DNA from: Phoronis australis
Taxonomy: Eukaryota > Animalia > Phoronida
Assembly (NCBI GenBank): GCA_002633005.1
Contig: NMRA01000129.1
Coordinates: 496,627 to 560,626, forward strand
DNA: 64,000 bases
Direction: 5' to 3'
A program made the position numbers and the translations under genes. This document shows positions 52,774 to 64,000 of the stretch, in pieces. A model generated the notes under the pieces. The model was not told the origin of the DNA. It searched no databases and worked only from the letters and a program-made list of their open reading frames with translations. Numbering within the stretch: position 1 is the stretch's first letter; each line of letters opens with the position of its first letter.

Positions 52774-52985
52774 CATTTCTTCATGAAGTACGACAGTATC
52801 ATAGAGTGATGCTCCGAGTGCAGCCAGTTTGACCCGAGGTCGGAAACTTCCTAGTGTGCTTGGAAAAAGGTCATACAAATCTATGACAGTTCCTGATTGG
52901 TTCTTGGTATCCATACTGAACACTGCAATTGGATTCGCCGTTGACACATGGATGATGTCATTCTTTTTTGGTGTGTTTACTAACC
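52774..52985 (-). CDS. VWA8: VWA8 exon (...HVSTANPIAVF...DLYDLFP...VVLHEEM)
   Basis: GT-AG; overlaps ORF 52744..52947. Confidence 0.86.
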
Positions 52986-53131
52986 CTGATGAAGAAAATT
53001 ATTATCAAATACTGGATGTCTGTGTGAAGTACACTTTGATGCTCACATGTTCACTTTATAGAGTCAAGTAAAAAAGGAGGACTTTTAATATCCAAATGTT
53101 AACACAAATTGTTTGTGTTTATTTATTAACT

Positions 53132-53395
53132 TGTATTTCGCCTGTTAAGCTGGCTATAAACAAAAATTGAATTTTGCATTTTGGTCTCACAAAATCAGTC
53201 TCACAATATTCCTTACCGTAAAAAGATTCTATTTGCATAACCAACAACATTGAAACCACAAGCAACTGCAAGTTCACCGTGACAGATGTAGAATCTTATC
53301 AGAGTAAGGAATATTATGAGACTGATTTAATGAGTCACAGTAAAAGGTCCAATTCCATTTTTTCGTTTTTCCCCAGCTAAACAAGGCCAAATGCA
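53132..53395. mobile_element. Foldback MITE-like element with ~100-bp inverted arms
   Basis: cagtctcacaatattccttac pairs with gtaaggaatattatgagactg, and the outer arms also pair. Confidence 0.65.
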
Positions 53396-53808
53396 GCTTT
53401 CATATTTCCTTTTGAGAACACATTTCCTTGATTTGTAACAAAGCGTTATTTTCAGAATGTCAGTTCTCTGAATCTCAGGCAACAGATTCAGATCACACAC
53501 TCATGACTATCCATGAGATGTGTAGTGAACAAAAACACTTATCTGTTTGTTGGAAGCTGAAACTACAACCTACTTCAGATGACCATGTTTGTGCCGAATT
53601 AATGTTGCTAAGTGACTGAACAATCAACATTTTTAAGGTTTTTATCAAGAACTTACTATATGATACAGAACAATACCACACGGATAAAAAAAATAATAAT
53701 TTTCCCCAGTTATTGAATAACAATTTAGTAAAGATTACCATGTAGGAATCAAAGCATAAAGAATATTAGAAAGAAGAGGGGAAATGATGTAATTTAACTT
53801 TTAATAAC

Positions 53809-53947
53809 CTTTTGTTATGGCAACATCAGCTATGACATTTGATTCAGCCATGGGTATGGTCCAGAAAGCCTCCATTTCCGAGAAATTCAGTGACCTCGCC
53901 TGTGTGCGGTCAAGGGGATAAGACTGAACGTTCAACTTGAATGGACC
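53809..53947 (-). CDS. VWA8: VWA8 exon (GPFKLNVQSYPLDR...)
   Basis: GT-AG, open frame, phase 0-1. Confidence 0.82.
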
Positions 53948-54432
53948 CTGCAGCAGAAATGTCTGGCTCATTAGAAGTATTAATTTAAAACAGTATTTAA
54001 TATACAGTTCTCAAAACTAACAGAAAATAGTCTTTACAAAACAGAAAAGATATAATGTATGAACGATACCAAAATTAGTTGTATGGAGAAAACAAGGAGG
54101 TTAATCTTAAAGTCAAGTCGAAATAACAAGCTTTACACTCAACTAAATCTCGAGTCTGTGGCAAAAAAATCTTTCTGTTGAACCACTCATTAAAGGAACT
54201 CTACTTGGTTCTTGGTCCTCATGTGAAATTATAATTCACTGTATTAAAGAACTAGACCAAGTGATTCCACCCCCAAACATGAATCAAAACAAAGGTTTTC
54301 AAGGCTAACTCAGCATGGCACTTTAACAGTCAAGTTGTATTATTTCAAAAAAGTGATGTGATAAAATTGTTTTTTAGCAAATAACATTCTTTTAAATACC
54401 ATAAAATATTTTATGAACTCAAGACTTGGTAC

Positions 54433-54538
54433 CTTAATTTTCAATTTCCTTGGCTCTCCAACGATTGTAGCTGTTCGTGGGTCTTTCTGTCTGGCAATCT
54501 GCCAACTTTCATGAAATTCAAATTTTGGAAGAGGGAAT
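54433..54538 (-). CDS. VWA8: VWA8 exon (FPLPKFEFHESWQI...)
   Basis: GT-AG, phase 2-0. Confidence 0.85.
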
Positions 54539-55177
54539 CTGAATAAAAACAACAAGTACAACATTTCAGTTCACTATTTTATTTGACATTCAAGGACAAT
54601 TACAGGTACCAAACATTGGTGCATAAACTGCAACACATTAAAAATTCTTATTTGCCCCACATAGTTATTGAATTACATAAGATGTGAAAAACAAAAACCA
54701 ATGTCAAAATCATTTTTTTAAAATTGCATTGAAAGGATAATAATTCCATGAAATAAAATTACATTAAAAACGTTACTTGTATAACAAAATCTTATTAGCA
54801 AATAAAACTTTTTTTCACAACTGGCTCAGACAGTGTTCACAAGTCTATCAATCAGAAGGCAGAATGAATGTCATCTGAACAGTCACGTGTCACGCACTGT
54901 GATCACACATGATTGGCCAGAATGCAAATTACTCTTTAAGTGCCTAAGAGAATAGTAAACCTTAGTCTGCCTTTTCATTGAAGTTCCACACTTGAATATG
55001 GTCACCGTACTAGTCTTAAGAATGATCTGTTTGTGATTTATGGCAAAAAAATACAAATGCATCAAGGCTGTTTAAATCAAACCATCACTCTTCAAACTTG
55101 CCAGACTGAAAACAAAGATAACTACAGCACAAATATTAAATCTTCCGAGCCAGTCAGATGACGTGAAGTCTGCTTAC

Positions 55178-55329
55178 TCTTTGGCCAGAGAGATATTACT
55201 GGGCCGCGCTCCTACGGGGATACCATGCTTGTGCAAAGTTTGAACTATCAGCTCCCTCATCTCTGTATTGTACGAGTCGAAATCAAATACATTCCTGACC
55301 ACATTGGAAAGTCCTTCATCAGGGAATTT
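55178..55329 (-). CDS. VWA8: VWA8 exon (KFPDEGLSNVVRNVFDFDSY...)
   Basis: GT-AG. Confidence 0.92.
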
Positions 55330-55957
55330 CTGAAATGGAAAAAACATGATACAAAAACCAACAGCAAAATGTGGTTCATTTCTCCAAACACTATCAAACA
55401 GCACTGCTTTTTGTGAACACCACAAAATGATATAAACAGGAAATCAAGGTAACAACTGAAGACAGATGTCTTAATAGAACTGTTGGTAGAATTGTCTTAG
55501 ATATCATTATACATTTAAGAAGAAAATAGATTCCCACTTAAAATTTGTGTTACTTGTAAAGTAAGAGGACTATGAATATGTCGATGAGTTTGGTACCATT
55601 AAACAGGGCTTAGAGAACAGTCACACGTTGTATAATCATATCACAGGTATCACTATTGTCACTACCTGTAACTCATTGTAACTAAACAGGAGACTAAGAT
55701 TATACTTAATGTCCAGGAGAAGGCAAGATCATAAATGGTTTCACAAGTAAGCTTGCAACTTTACTAGTCTTTGATACAATGGCAACACTGGAATAATGAA
55801 TTACAGGAGAAAACAGCATACAAATCCTCCATATCCAATGCATAAGACAGGATATCTCACCACAAGTGTCTGGCAAATGACCAGCAATGGAACGTGCCCC
55901 AGACTTTAGAGAACACTTGTCACGTAATCCTACCATATGTGTCGCTACTGTCCTTAC

Positions 55958-56163
55958 CTGTAAATGTTTGACCATGTTGACAACCTCTCTCGTGGAGTAC
56001 GGATAAGAGATGAGGCCTTGATCAGCTAGGTCTCTCAACTCGCCAAAAGAGAGCACTAGTCGTCGCAGAATGTCATCGGGAACATCAGGTCCGTACTGAC
56101 GCAGCATGAACAGCTCTGAGTCCACATTGGGATTATCAACAGCATGGCAGCTGAATATATCAC
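55958..56163 (-). CDS. VWA8: VWA8 exon (DIFSCHAVDNP...YPYSTREVVNMVKHLQ)
   Basis: GT-AG; overlaps ORF 55706..56185. Confidence 0.93.
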
Positions 56164-57053
56164 CTGGAGACATACAAAGGATCATTGCAAGTGAATAATA
56201 TCTATCAAAACTAAAGTCAATATGAACTTGGCTACAACACTTAGCTGAATTTTACAAACTTTGGTCTAGCTTCGTGGTACATCACTCCACTAACCATCTC
56301 TCAGTTAAACAAGGCTTGTCCAAAACTCTTGAAAAAGCTTCATGGGCAAACAAAACTCCTTTTTCTCATCAAATGATCAAAACAAACATGTCCCACGATT
56401 TGTTAATGCTTAACAACCTAGCTTGTGCAGAACATAGTGTGAAACTTGCATAAGGCTGGCCCAAAAGGCTTGAATAATATTGAGTAAGCTGGAATAATAA
56501 TGTCCAAGCTGGAATAATAATGTCCAAGCTGGAATAAGGTTGTTCTTAATTTTTACTTCACTTGCCAGAAAGGATTATTCATTGTTGATGAATTTAGTGT
56601 CATTCAACACGACAGCTATGCACATAACTTAAAGATTATATTGGAGTTCATATGCATGCAGCAGCCAGTGTCTGAAAAACACCTGTCCAATACACTTCAA
56701 CCAAGTAGTTTCCATCAGGGTTCAGCGAGTGCACGTTTGGCTGGGGGAGCCAATTTTCATGACGTGGGATTATTTCATTTGAATCTCATCTAATTCACTA
56801 ACTTAAGGCACAGTAAGGTGTCCAGATCTTTTTTTTAATTTCTGCATGTGTTCATAATGAGAAGCCAAAACCAATATTGTATTCGAGCAGAAATGTAACT
56901 TTGACACTAAGAATGATCTGCAAAAGAAGAGAACAGAATTCAACTGATATTAAGTGCAGAATATATAGCTACAGATATTCAACATATCAAAACGCAATGC
57001 ACTTAATTCCAGTTTTTATTAAAGTACAGAAATGCTTGATTTTTGCCACATAC

Positions 57054-57173
57054 CCATTGCACCAAAGAAATCGTTTCCTAAAAATGGAAATCCCGGTCTG
57101 TTGGCGAGAACAACCATCCTAAAGTCCGGATGAATGATGAGGTAGTTGTCGCTGGCCGGGAGTCCTGAAGTGT
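57054..57173 (-). CDS. VWA8: VWA8 exon (...IHPDFRMVVLANRPGFPFLGNDFF...)
   Basis: Sensor-1 region; GT-AG. Confidence 0.92.
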
Positions 57174-57607
57174 CTGCAACCATCAGGATTAAACAACTCA
57201 ATTTTTTTGACTTTGAAACGACCAGTTTCAAAATTTAAAAACGAACAACCAACTTGAGTTTTATTAAAGGCTCATACAGTGCCATCTCATCTACTCATTT
57301 CAGACAAAGTATTTAACGAGGCAGGTTAGCACTCCAGGGGTCCAGTCAAGTTCATCAGTTACTCCTACACCAGCATTTGTTGCTGCCATCTCAATTCATT
57401 TTCTTTGAAGTTGGTGATTTTGACAGAAACTTTATCAGAATGTAGCTTCAACTTGTTTATCATTCTGCAACATTTTCTAATTATTTGCCACAGAGGTTCC
57501 AAGAGAGACTAATTATAGATTAAGTTGGTCATTTATTACACATCAAGTGTGGTCCTAGAGAGACTACATGAGAAAAAGTTACAGCTGCTCTTTAGAGTTC
57601 AATAAAA

Positions 57608-57960
57608 CAGTTTCACCGCTGACAATCTTAAGCCATCTGCCGAGAGCACATCTGCCCCCTTTCTCCACAACAACTAGTCCCAACCTCACCACTGACAATC
57701 TTGCATAGCTGCCCCCTTCCTCTACAACAACTAGTTCCAACCTCACCACTGACAACCTTAAGCCATCTGCCGAGAGCACACCAGCCCCCTTCCTCTAAAC
57801 AACTAGTCCCAACCTCAACACCAACAATCTTGCACCCCTGCCCCTTTCCTTTATAACAACTAGTCCCAACCTCACCACTGACAATCTGAAGCCATGTGCC
57901 CAGAGCACACCTGCCCCCTTACTCTAAAACAACTAGTCCCAACCTCACCACTGACAATCC
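57608..57960. repeat. Minisatellite of alternating 73/57-bp units built from a VWA8 exon end plus its donor
   Basis: ctcacc-like cores at 57944, 57871, 57814, 57742, 57685 and 57612. Confidence 0.9.
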
Positions 57961-58084
57961 TTCGTCCATCAGCTAGATGCATCTCTCCACTCTCCACTAA
58001 AGTCTTCAAAATACACGTCACATTAGTTGGAGCTTTGTCAGCCTCATCCACCACTAGCACGTGACCTAGTTTGACTGCTCGAAC
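57949..58084 (-). CDS. VWA8: VWA8 exon (VRAVKLGHVLVVDEADKAPTNVTCILK...)
   Basis: Walker B motif; GT-AG. Confidence 0.93.
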
Positions 58085-58553
58085 CTGATACAGAGAAAAC
58101 GGAGTTCATATAGCGAAAAAGCAATTCCAGAGGTCATCAAATCTAAACAATTTCAATGGAAAAATCATTGAAGCAAGTCTTGACACAAGTGAAAATGGAT
58201 ATCATATAATGTAGCTTAACAATTGATTACGCGGAAATTGACAATGGATTGAAACTACATGTGTCACTTACATGAGCAATAGATAGGCTGCATTCTGCAC
58301 ACCTCAAGAGATTAGCTTGCACTTGCAGTGAAAAATTTTCACTTATCGAATGGAAACCAAATGATTTTGCGAGGTCCAAAGAGATTTTGCTTTCTCGCAA
58401 GAAACTTGTTCTACAGAATGCTACCCATATGTAGATTAAAATGGCCTTTTTGTTCTTCACCTATTCTAGGAAATACATTCAATTCATTGTTGAAACTCTA
58501 ATAAGCTCATTTTTAAATTGTATTGAAAAAGCAACTGTTGCGATTAAACTTAC

Positions 58554-58629
58554 GAGAGGCGAGTCTTCATAAACAATAATGCCCTCCTGAACAGTTGGTT
58601 GTAGTGTTAATGACTGCACTGTGGTATCC
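58554..58629 (-). CDS. VWA8: VWA8 exon (DTTVQSLTLQPTVQEGIIVYEDSPL)
   Basis: GT-AG, phase 2-0. Confidence 0.9.
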
Positions 58630-58939
58630 CTGCATAATAGCAATGTTATCAATTATCTATTAACACCATTACAAACAAATGGAATGTCGTGTTCAACAAA
58701 GCCTGTCTCAGGAAAAATTTGCAGCCAAGATACTCTCTTTAGTGATTTCATTTACATGCAAGGTTGACCTCACTTCGATCACCAGAACTTTGTCACTTTA
58801 GAGGTAAAAGTCCAGTCAGCTAGACGACATGGACTTCTGAGCCAGTCTGACATTCATTCACAAGATCTCAACCTGCCTGGCAAGTAATCACTGAATATGT
58901 CACTCTCACCTTTACTAAAGACTGCCACCAGTTACTTAC

Positions 58940-59088
58940 CTGTGAAGCTGGAGATATTCTCGTGGTTTATTCAACAAGTGAAGAAACCGGTCCACAATCT
59001 TGTTTTTACCAACACCCTGGTTACCAACTAATAGCAGATGTTCGCCTAACATGAAATCCTTCAACATGTCTTCCATGATGCGTAGGTG
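58940..59088 (-). CDS. VWA8: VWA8 exon (...GEHLLLVGNQGVGKNKIVDRFL...)
   Basis: Walker A motif; GT-AG. Confidence 0.93.
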
Positions 59089-59262
59089 CTGAAATAATTC
59101 ATTCCTTCCTTGAACAAAAAATTCATAATGTACAATACATGTGATTATTGGCTTGTTTTTTCCTTTTCCATTATTTATGTTTTAATCCAATACCATAAAA
59201 CAGCTTTCTTTTATTTATAATTCTTTTCTTGAAGTGCAGTCACTGATCTTTAAAAATATTAC

Positions 59263-59369
59263 CTGTGCATTTTCATAAAATAAAACATCAGGAACTTTCA
59301 TTCTGTTGTTTGGGTTGTCAATAGCTACTTCAGTTTTGCCAATCCTAAGTATGCCGTTTTTCACTTCAC
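59263..59369 (-). CDS. VWA8: VWA8 exon (EVKNGILRIGK...KVPDVLFYENAQ)
   Basis: GT-AG; overlaps ORF 59215..59412. Confidence 0.9.
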
Positions 59370-59933
59370 CTGTAAAAACAAGACTGGTAATGAGTAACAT
59401 GACTTGTAGCAAAAAGAAGACAATGAAAAGTTGAACGAAGTGTTGGTATCATTTTCAACGTTGGATAGACTTCAAGTACATTCAGCAAAACATTCAGGAT
59501 CATCATGTATTAGTTAGGCCATCTAGTGTTTAACCAGAGAACTAGTTCTTCTTTAGCTGCAATCAGGCATTTGGCTGTTGGCACGTAAATGTTGACACCT
59601 ACGCAGGCCGATTTAATGAAATTAATCCTAAACGATAATGCATTCCTACCCTCTTAGAAATCTAAAAACGTTTATAGTCTTGACCATGAACACGTTGAGT
59701 CCAATTCTAAGATGATATAGAAATATTACTGAAAATGGGCATTTCCTGAACTAACATCCTAATTTTGACAATCTCACATTCACAATATTCTAGTTAGATA
59801 TTAAACAGAACTATGAGAGTTGAACTGAATGGACTATTATGACCATTTACCGATATTAAGACAACGAAAACCCATGACCACAGAATCAGTGAGACTTCAC
59901 AAAGCTTTGTAACCAACAAAACTCAATAGTTAC

Positions 59934-60043
59934 ATGTCAGATGTTTTTCCACCTCTGTCTCAGTCAAAGAGGTATCAGTATTGGTTATGTTGACATCTTC
60001 AAGCGATTGATCTAGTGAAGACCTGACAAGTCTTGGAAGAAAT
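59934..60043 (-). CDS. VWA8: VWA8 exon (FLPRLVRSSLDQSL...)
   Basis: GT-AG, phase 2-1. Confidence 0.85.
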
Positions 60044-60519
60044 CTACAACCAAACAAAAGCTTTACACAGAAATACTCCATGAAATGAAATCAATAGATA
60101 CAACTATATCACTTAACTCGGTCACCCTCAGGGAGTGTGCTAAGCAACGGGTGGTTTTACTAATTAGAGGTTGTGCATAAAAATGAACTTTTTTTGTCAG
60201 GAACTTCCACGAATGATGAATGTCTTGTTCTTTTGTAGTTTTGTTCCAGAATAACCACCTTTTTTGGGCATTAATAAAACCTGACCTTTTTGAAGGCATA
60301 CTTGGACTCCTGTCTTAGATTCATTAAGCCTGAAATGGTATAAGAGGTGCTGGTTGTTAATGAGTTCTTCTTTTACAAAAGAATGATATTTAATATCGAA
60401 AATGCTTCTGTAGAAGATACTAAGTTCTAACTTTTCACTTGACAGTCAGTAAAGAGAAGGTTGGACAGTTACCTGAACAGGCAGGCTTTCTGAACTGAGT
60501 TGAACAGTTAGACATTTAC

Positions 60520-60635
60520 CTGGACAGGCAGGCTTTTTGAACCGAGTTGAACAGACTTTCCTCAGGGTAATGAGCCAGTCGTCGAGCACATCGTAGTAAT
60601 TGACGAGTGGACAGAGATGAAGCCAGAGAATGAGA
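60520..60635 (-). CDS. VWA8: VWA8 exon (SHSLASSLSTRQLLR...KACLSR)
   Basis: GT-AG; conserved LSTRQLLR motif. Confidence 0.9.
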
Positions 60636-60944
60636 CTAAAAAACAAGGGAGATAATACTAGAAAATATAATTACTTCAGCTTCAAGTTATGAATAAAATT
60701 AGGTTTTTACTTGAAAAACTCAATAAACTTTGCTATTTGGTAAATTTACATTTGATGATAGCAAGCAATGTTTTGATAGCTTGAGTTCATTGTATTTTGT
60801 AAATACGAGGTCACATGATCAGTCTGTTGAGTCTAAAACAGCTAATAAACAAACCAGATATTTGACATTGGTCGGCAATATTTACAGCCTGTGACTTCGC
60901 AATGCTATTACCACGACCTAGTGGCAATAAACTGAAATACGTAC

Positions 60945-61016
60945 AGTAGCATCCAACGAACTCCTCAGGTTGTGCGTCAGATCTAACAATGGCTGTAGGT
61001 TTTTAGCATTTGGCAC
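60945..61016 (-). CDS. VWA8: VWA8 exon (VPNAKNLQPLLDLTHNLRSSLDAT)
   Basis: GT-AG, 72 nt, phase 0-0. Confidence 0.85.
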
Positions 61017-61623
61017 CTATAACGATAAGAGTATTATCAACACTCTTTACATTTAAAGATGCAGTACATGCCAACAACAATGTGACAAAACTCCGATTTC
61101 CCCTCACTACGTGTAAGGACCTGTCATTCCAGTCATTTAGATGACGACGAATTCTACTTGTACTCAGTCGTGATAACAAATTCTGCTTGTGAACAATGGC
61201 TATGACTACAAATTCCTGGTCACTTTGCCCGATTGTGGTGCGTGCTGGAAACAGTAACAGAAGTGCCTGTGATTATCTTCAAGATTGAGCAGGGATAGAG
61301 TGCTGTCACAACCCTGTGGAACACAAATCCCTGATGATGATCTCAGCAATAAGATCTTATTATAATGTGGTATTCAACCCACCACCTCATAAGTCAATTA
61401 TGTGCTCAGCTCATCGACAGCTACATTAATGAGTGATGCTCACATCTGATAAATCTTAAAAAATGTCAGAGGCTGAATTATAATTTGAATTTTGACCATA
61501 ATTGCTTGTCACAAGTATTGGAAATAATTCATAGCATATAACAATTGACGATTTTAAACATGGTGAGTAATCAAAACAAAAAATAAATGACTGGACAAGA
61601 AGTCATTTTCCGTTACCACATAC

Positions 61624-61786
61624 AATGTTGTGCAAAACTTCAGTCTCTTGCTCTCTTGATAATGGTTTCATGTGGTGAAACATGAACAGGGGAAGTAACT
61701 CCGAGTTCAGCCACTTTTGACTCCCAGCACCAGGTGGCTCTGCTAAGCCAACAATTCTGAATGACGGGTGGATGGAATAAATGTGT
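61624..61786 (-). CDS. VWA8: VWA8 exon (HIYSIHPSFRIVGLAEPP...)
   Basis: GT-AG; overlaps ORF 61603..61839. Confidence 0.92.
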
Positions 61787-62153
61787 CTGAAGAAAGAAAA
61801 AATCCAAAATATAAAACTACAGAATAACATGTAATACAAAGCATCTTTTGATCTACTTCAAAAATGCAGGTTGTAGTTATTGATGTTTTGTTATATTGCT
61901 CAACATTCTGTGGGCATATACTGTTTCACCGTGTTACCTGTTTTTGATACGATTTTGCTAAGTGTGTTGCAATAACAAACACTTGCCAATAATGCACTTA
62001 CACCAGTAATATTTGTAAGAACAGCAAATACGGTCTACAGTAACTGAAATTCCATTATTGTTTATAGCTGTATATATGCATCCACTTTAAATACATATCA
62101 CTAGTATTGAAACTATGCCCCCAAAAATTGTTTTACAAAATAAACCATCTCAC

Positions 62154-62267
62154 TTTTCACGCATCTGTTCATCTGTGAAGCCATTTTTCTCCTTAATTTC
62201 CTCATAACGATCGTTTCTTAGCAAACGACTGCCGTCAAACAAATGCAACTCACGATCCTGAACCAAC
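62154..62267 (-). CDS. VWA8: VWA8 exon (LVQDRELHLFDGSRLL...)
   Basis: GT-AG, phase 2-2. Confidence 0.9.
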
Positions 62268-62887
62268 CTACAATTAACAGAACAACCACATGAACCTTGA
62301 GTCTAAAAAATCTTAATTTGAATACTTGTGAAACTGTGAGCACTAAACACAGGCTCATAAACACATTTTCTTATTGAGCATGTTTCTCAACACTGAGGGA
62401 AAGTTGGAGATATAATACGGGAGCTCTGACCTGCAGGTATGAATATTCAATTACTGCCACCATCACAAAGGCGTATGGTATCATATGATGAGAGAGCACG
62501 TAATGCACCATGTTGGCAGTGGTGCACCTGTACGCATTCCATGATTTGGAAATTTAAAAACTCATTAATCATTGGCTGGGGACAAATGGAGACAAAAAAT
62601 AAATTGTTAAGCGTTGTATCATTTTCACTCTTACGTATTTGTGACTATGATAGTTATACACTGACATGTACTTCTCTCTGTACTCAATTGTGCTACTAGG
62701 AGATGGGTTGGGCAGTCTATGACATGAATGTAAGCCATGAAATCGGTGATCATATGGAAAAAGTTGAAATATATTTTTGTGTGGTTGAATAGCCGGATTC
62801 ATAATTTATGTTTTAGTTAGTAAGAAGGAGATGTATCTTTACTAGAACTACTAATTGCCATAATCACTAACTACACTCATAGCCTAC

Positions 62888-63126
62888 CTATTGACAACGG
62901 AAAACGTGCCAGGGTTCACTCTATGTATACCATCTAATACTGCCAAGTTACCCTCAATGGCTGCCGACACGAGAGGTGATGCCCTCCAAACGGTATCACC
63001 GTTGGGCAAAGTAGTACGCTGCTGCAGGAGATCCCGTGATGTCATGTCCTGATATAACATGATGGGCTCAATGTGGTAGCCAAGCAAGTCGGCAAAGTGA
63101 CGCACAAGAACACTCTTACCGCATCC
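62888..63126 (-). CDS. VWA8: VWA8 exon (GCGKSVLVRHFADLLGY...GTFSVVNR)
   Basis: ccag acceptor and gtagg donor; Walker A motif. Confidence 0.92.
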
Positions 63127-63556
63127 CTGGAATTTTAAACATTTGAAGAGTCAACACCGCAACAAGCCTTCACATAAAAAGTAAACAAATGGAACATAAA
63201 TGCATATGGTAATAATGGTTGTGTTTGAAAATCAAAAGTATTGCATTTCATTGTTTTCATTTCGTAAGCACTAAAATGTTTGCAAATTTCAAAATCATTT
63301 TACCTTGCTGACTTAAGAACTGTTGCAGTATTACAAATAACATACTATGTAATGCATTGTATGATGTTTTACATTTTTTATTTGCACTACTTACACTTTG
63401 TGATTTATTATTTCTACTACCACCAGATGGCGTAGTGTGTGTGAGGTGTAAATCACTGAACATGCCAAGTCACAGAACTATTGTGTGCTTAGTGAAACAT
63501 ATTAGAAAGGACTGCTCCCTACGTACATGACAAAGAGAAACAAATGGCTACATTAA

Positions 63557-64000
63557 AGGCGAAGGCAACCTTTTTCCATGTCATTTTGAGCTAAAATAAG
63601 GTTGGTTGGTTATCCTAGACATATTTTTCACTTAATTACAGCTTTTCGTAATTTTATTAATTACTCGTCCGCTTTTCCGGAAGTGACGTTTTAGGAGGCA
63701 AGCGCTTCCCGCCACTTGGTTTTACGTTGAGCTTACTGTGCGAATCTGTTCTATTCTACTTTTGTTATGTGCTATTTTTCACCAATTGTCGCCACCACTT
63801 TCCATCGGCGAGTATTCTGCGGCAAGATAGGTTAGTAGAGAACTTAACTGCGTTGGATTTAGGGATTGTTTAGTGTGTTGTAAGCTGAAAATGGCTGGAG
63901 TCGGTGACCCGTATCACAGTGACAGTAGTGTGAGTGACGGAGACCTTGTTCACAGCAGTGGTGACGAGGAATTTTTTCACGGACATTCAGTGGGTGGGTA
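63557..64000 (+). mobile_element. Kolobok-type element in a VWA8 intron, running off the window end
   Basis: TTAA|AGGCGAAGGCAACC terminus; the first ~145 bp match the ends of 20164-21489. An acidic ORF starts at 63891. Confidence 0.78.

Larger units (their letters stand above)
34384..63126 (-). other. VWA8: VWA8 gene, 3' portion (31 coding exons; 5' end outside the window)
   Basis: Hand-spliced GT-AG exons with consistent phases total 4365 nt. Motifs include Walker A GCGKS and GNQGVGKN, Walker B LVVDEADK, PHVGGNTWAGGTGGRDTAGLGG and vWA DVSGS, matching VWA8/KIAA0564 as I recall it. Confidence 0.96.

Overview
This is AT-rich, intron-containing animal DNA, probably from a marine invertebrate (inferred from the transposon spectrum; the taxon is not established). 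There are no prokaryotic operons, rRNA genes or CRISPR arrays. The right half holds the last 31 coding exons of a minus-strand VWA8 gene (AAA+ and vWA domains, 34384-63126); all introns are GT-AG with consistent phases, giving about 1454 aa, and the 5' end lies beyond the window. A single-exon CREBZF/Zhangfei-type bZIP ORF sits at 27039-27956 (+). The left third may contain a decayed minus-strand gene for a secreted or receptor protein with a Cys-rich box and an FN3-like module. The rest is transposon debris and tandem repeats. The most striking structure is a chain of nested DNA transposons. An ISL2EU-like THAP element is split by an unclassified ~730-bp element with 9-bp TSDs, TAG..CTA ends and a Helitron-like 3' hairpin. 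A second copy of that element is split by a Kolobok derivative whose two ends both carry the start of the THAP transposase. Two VWA8 splice donors have also been tandemly copied into their own introns. All calls were made by eye, with no database searches.
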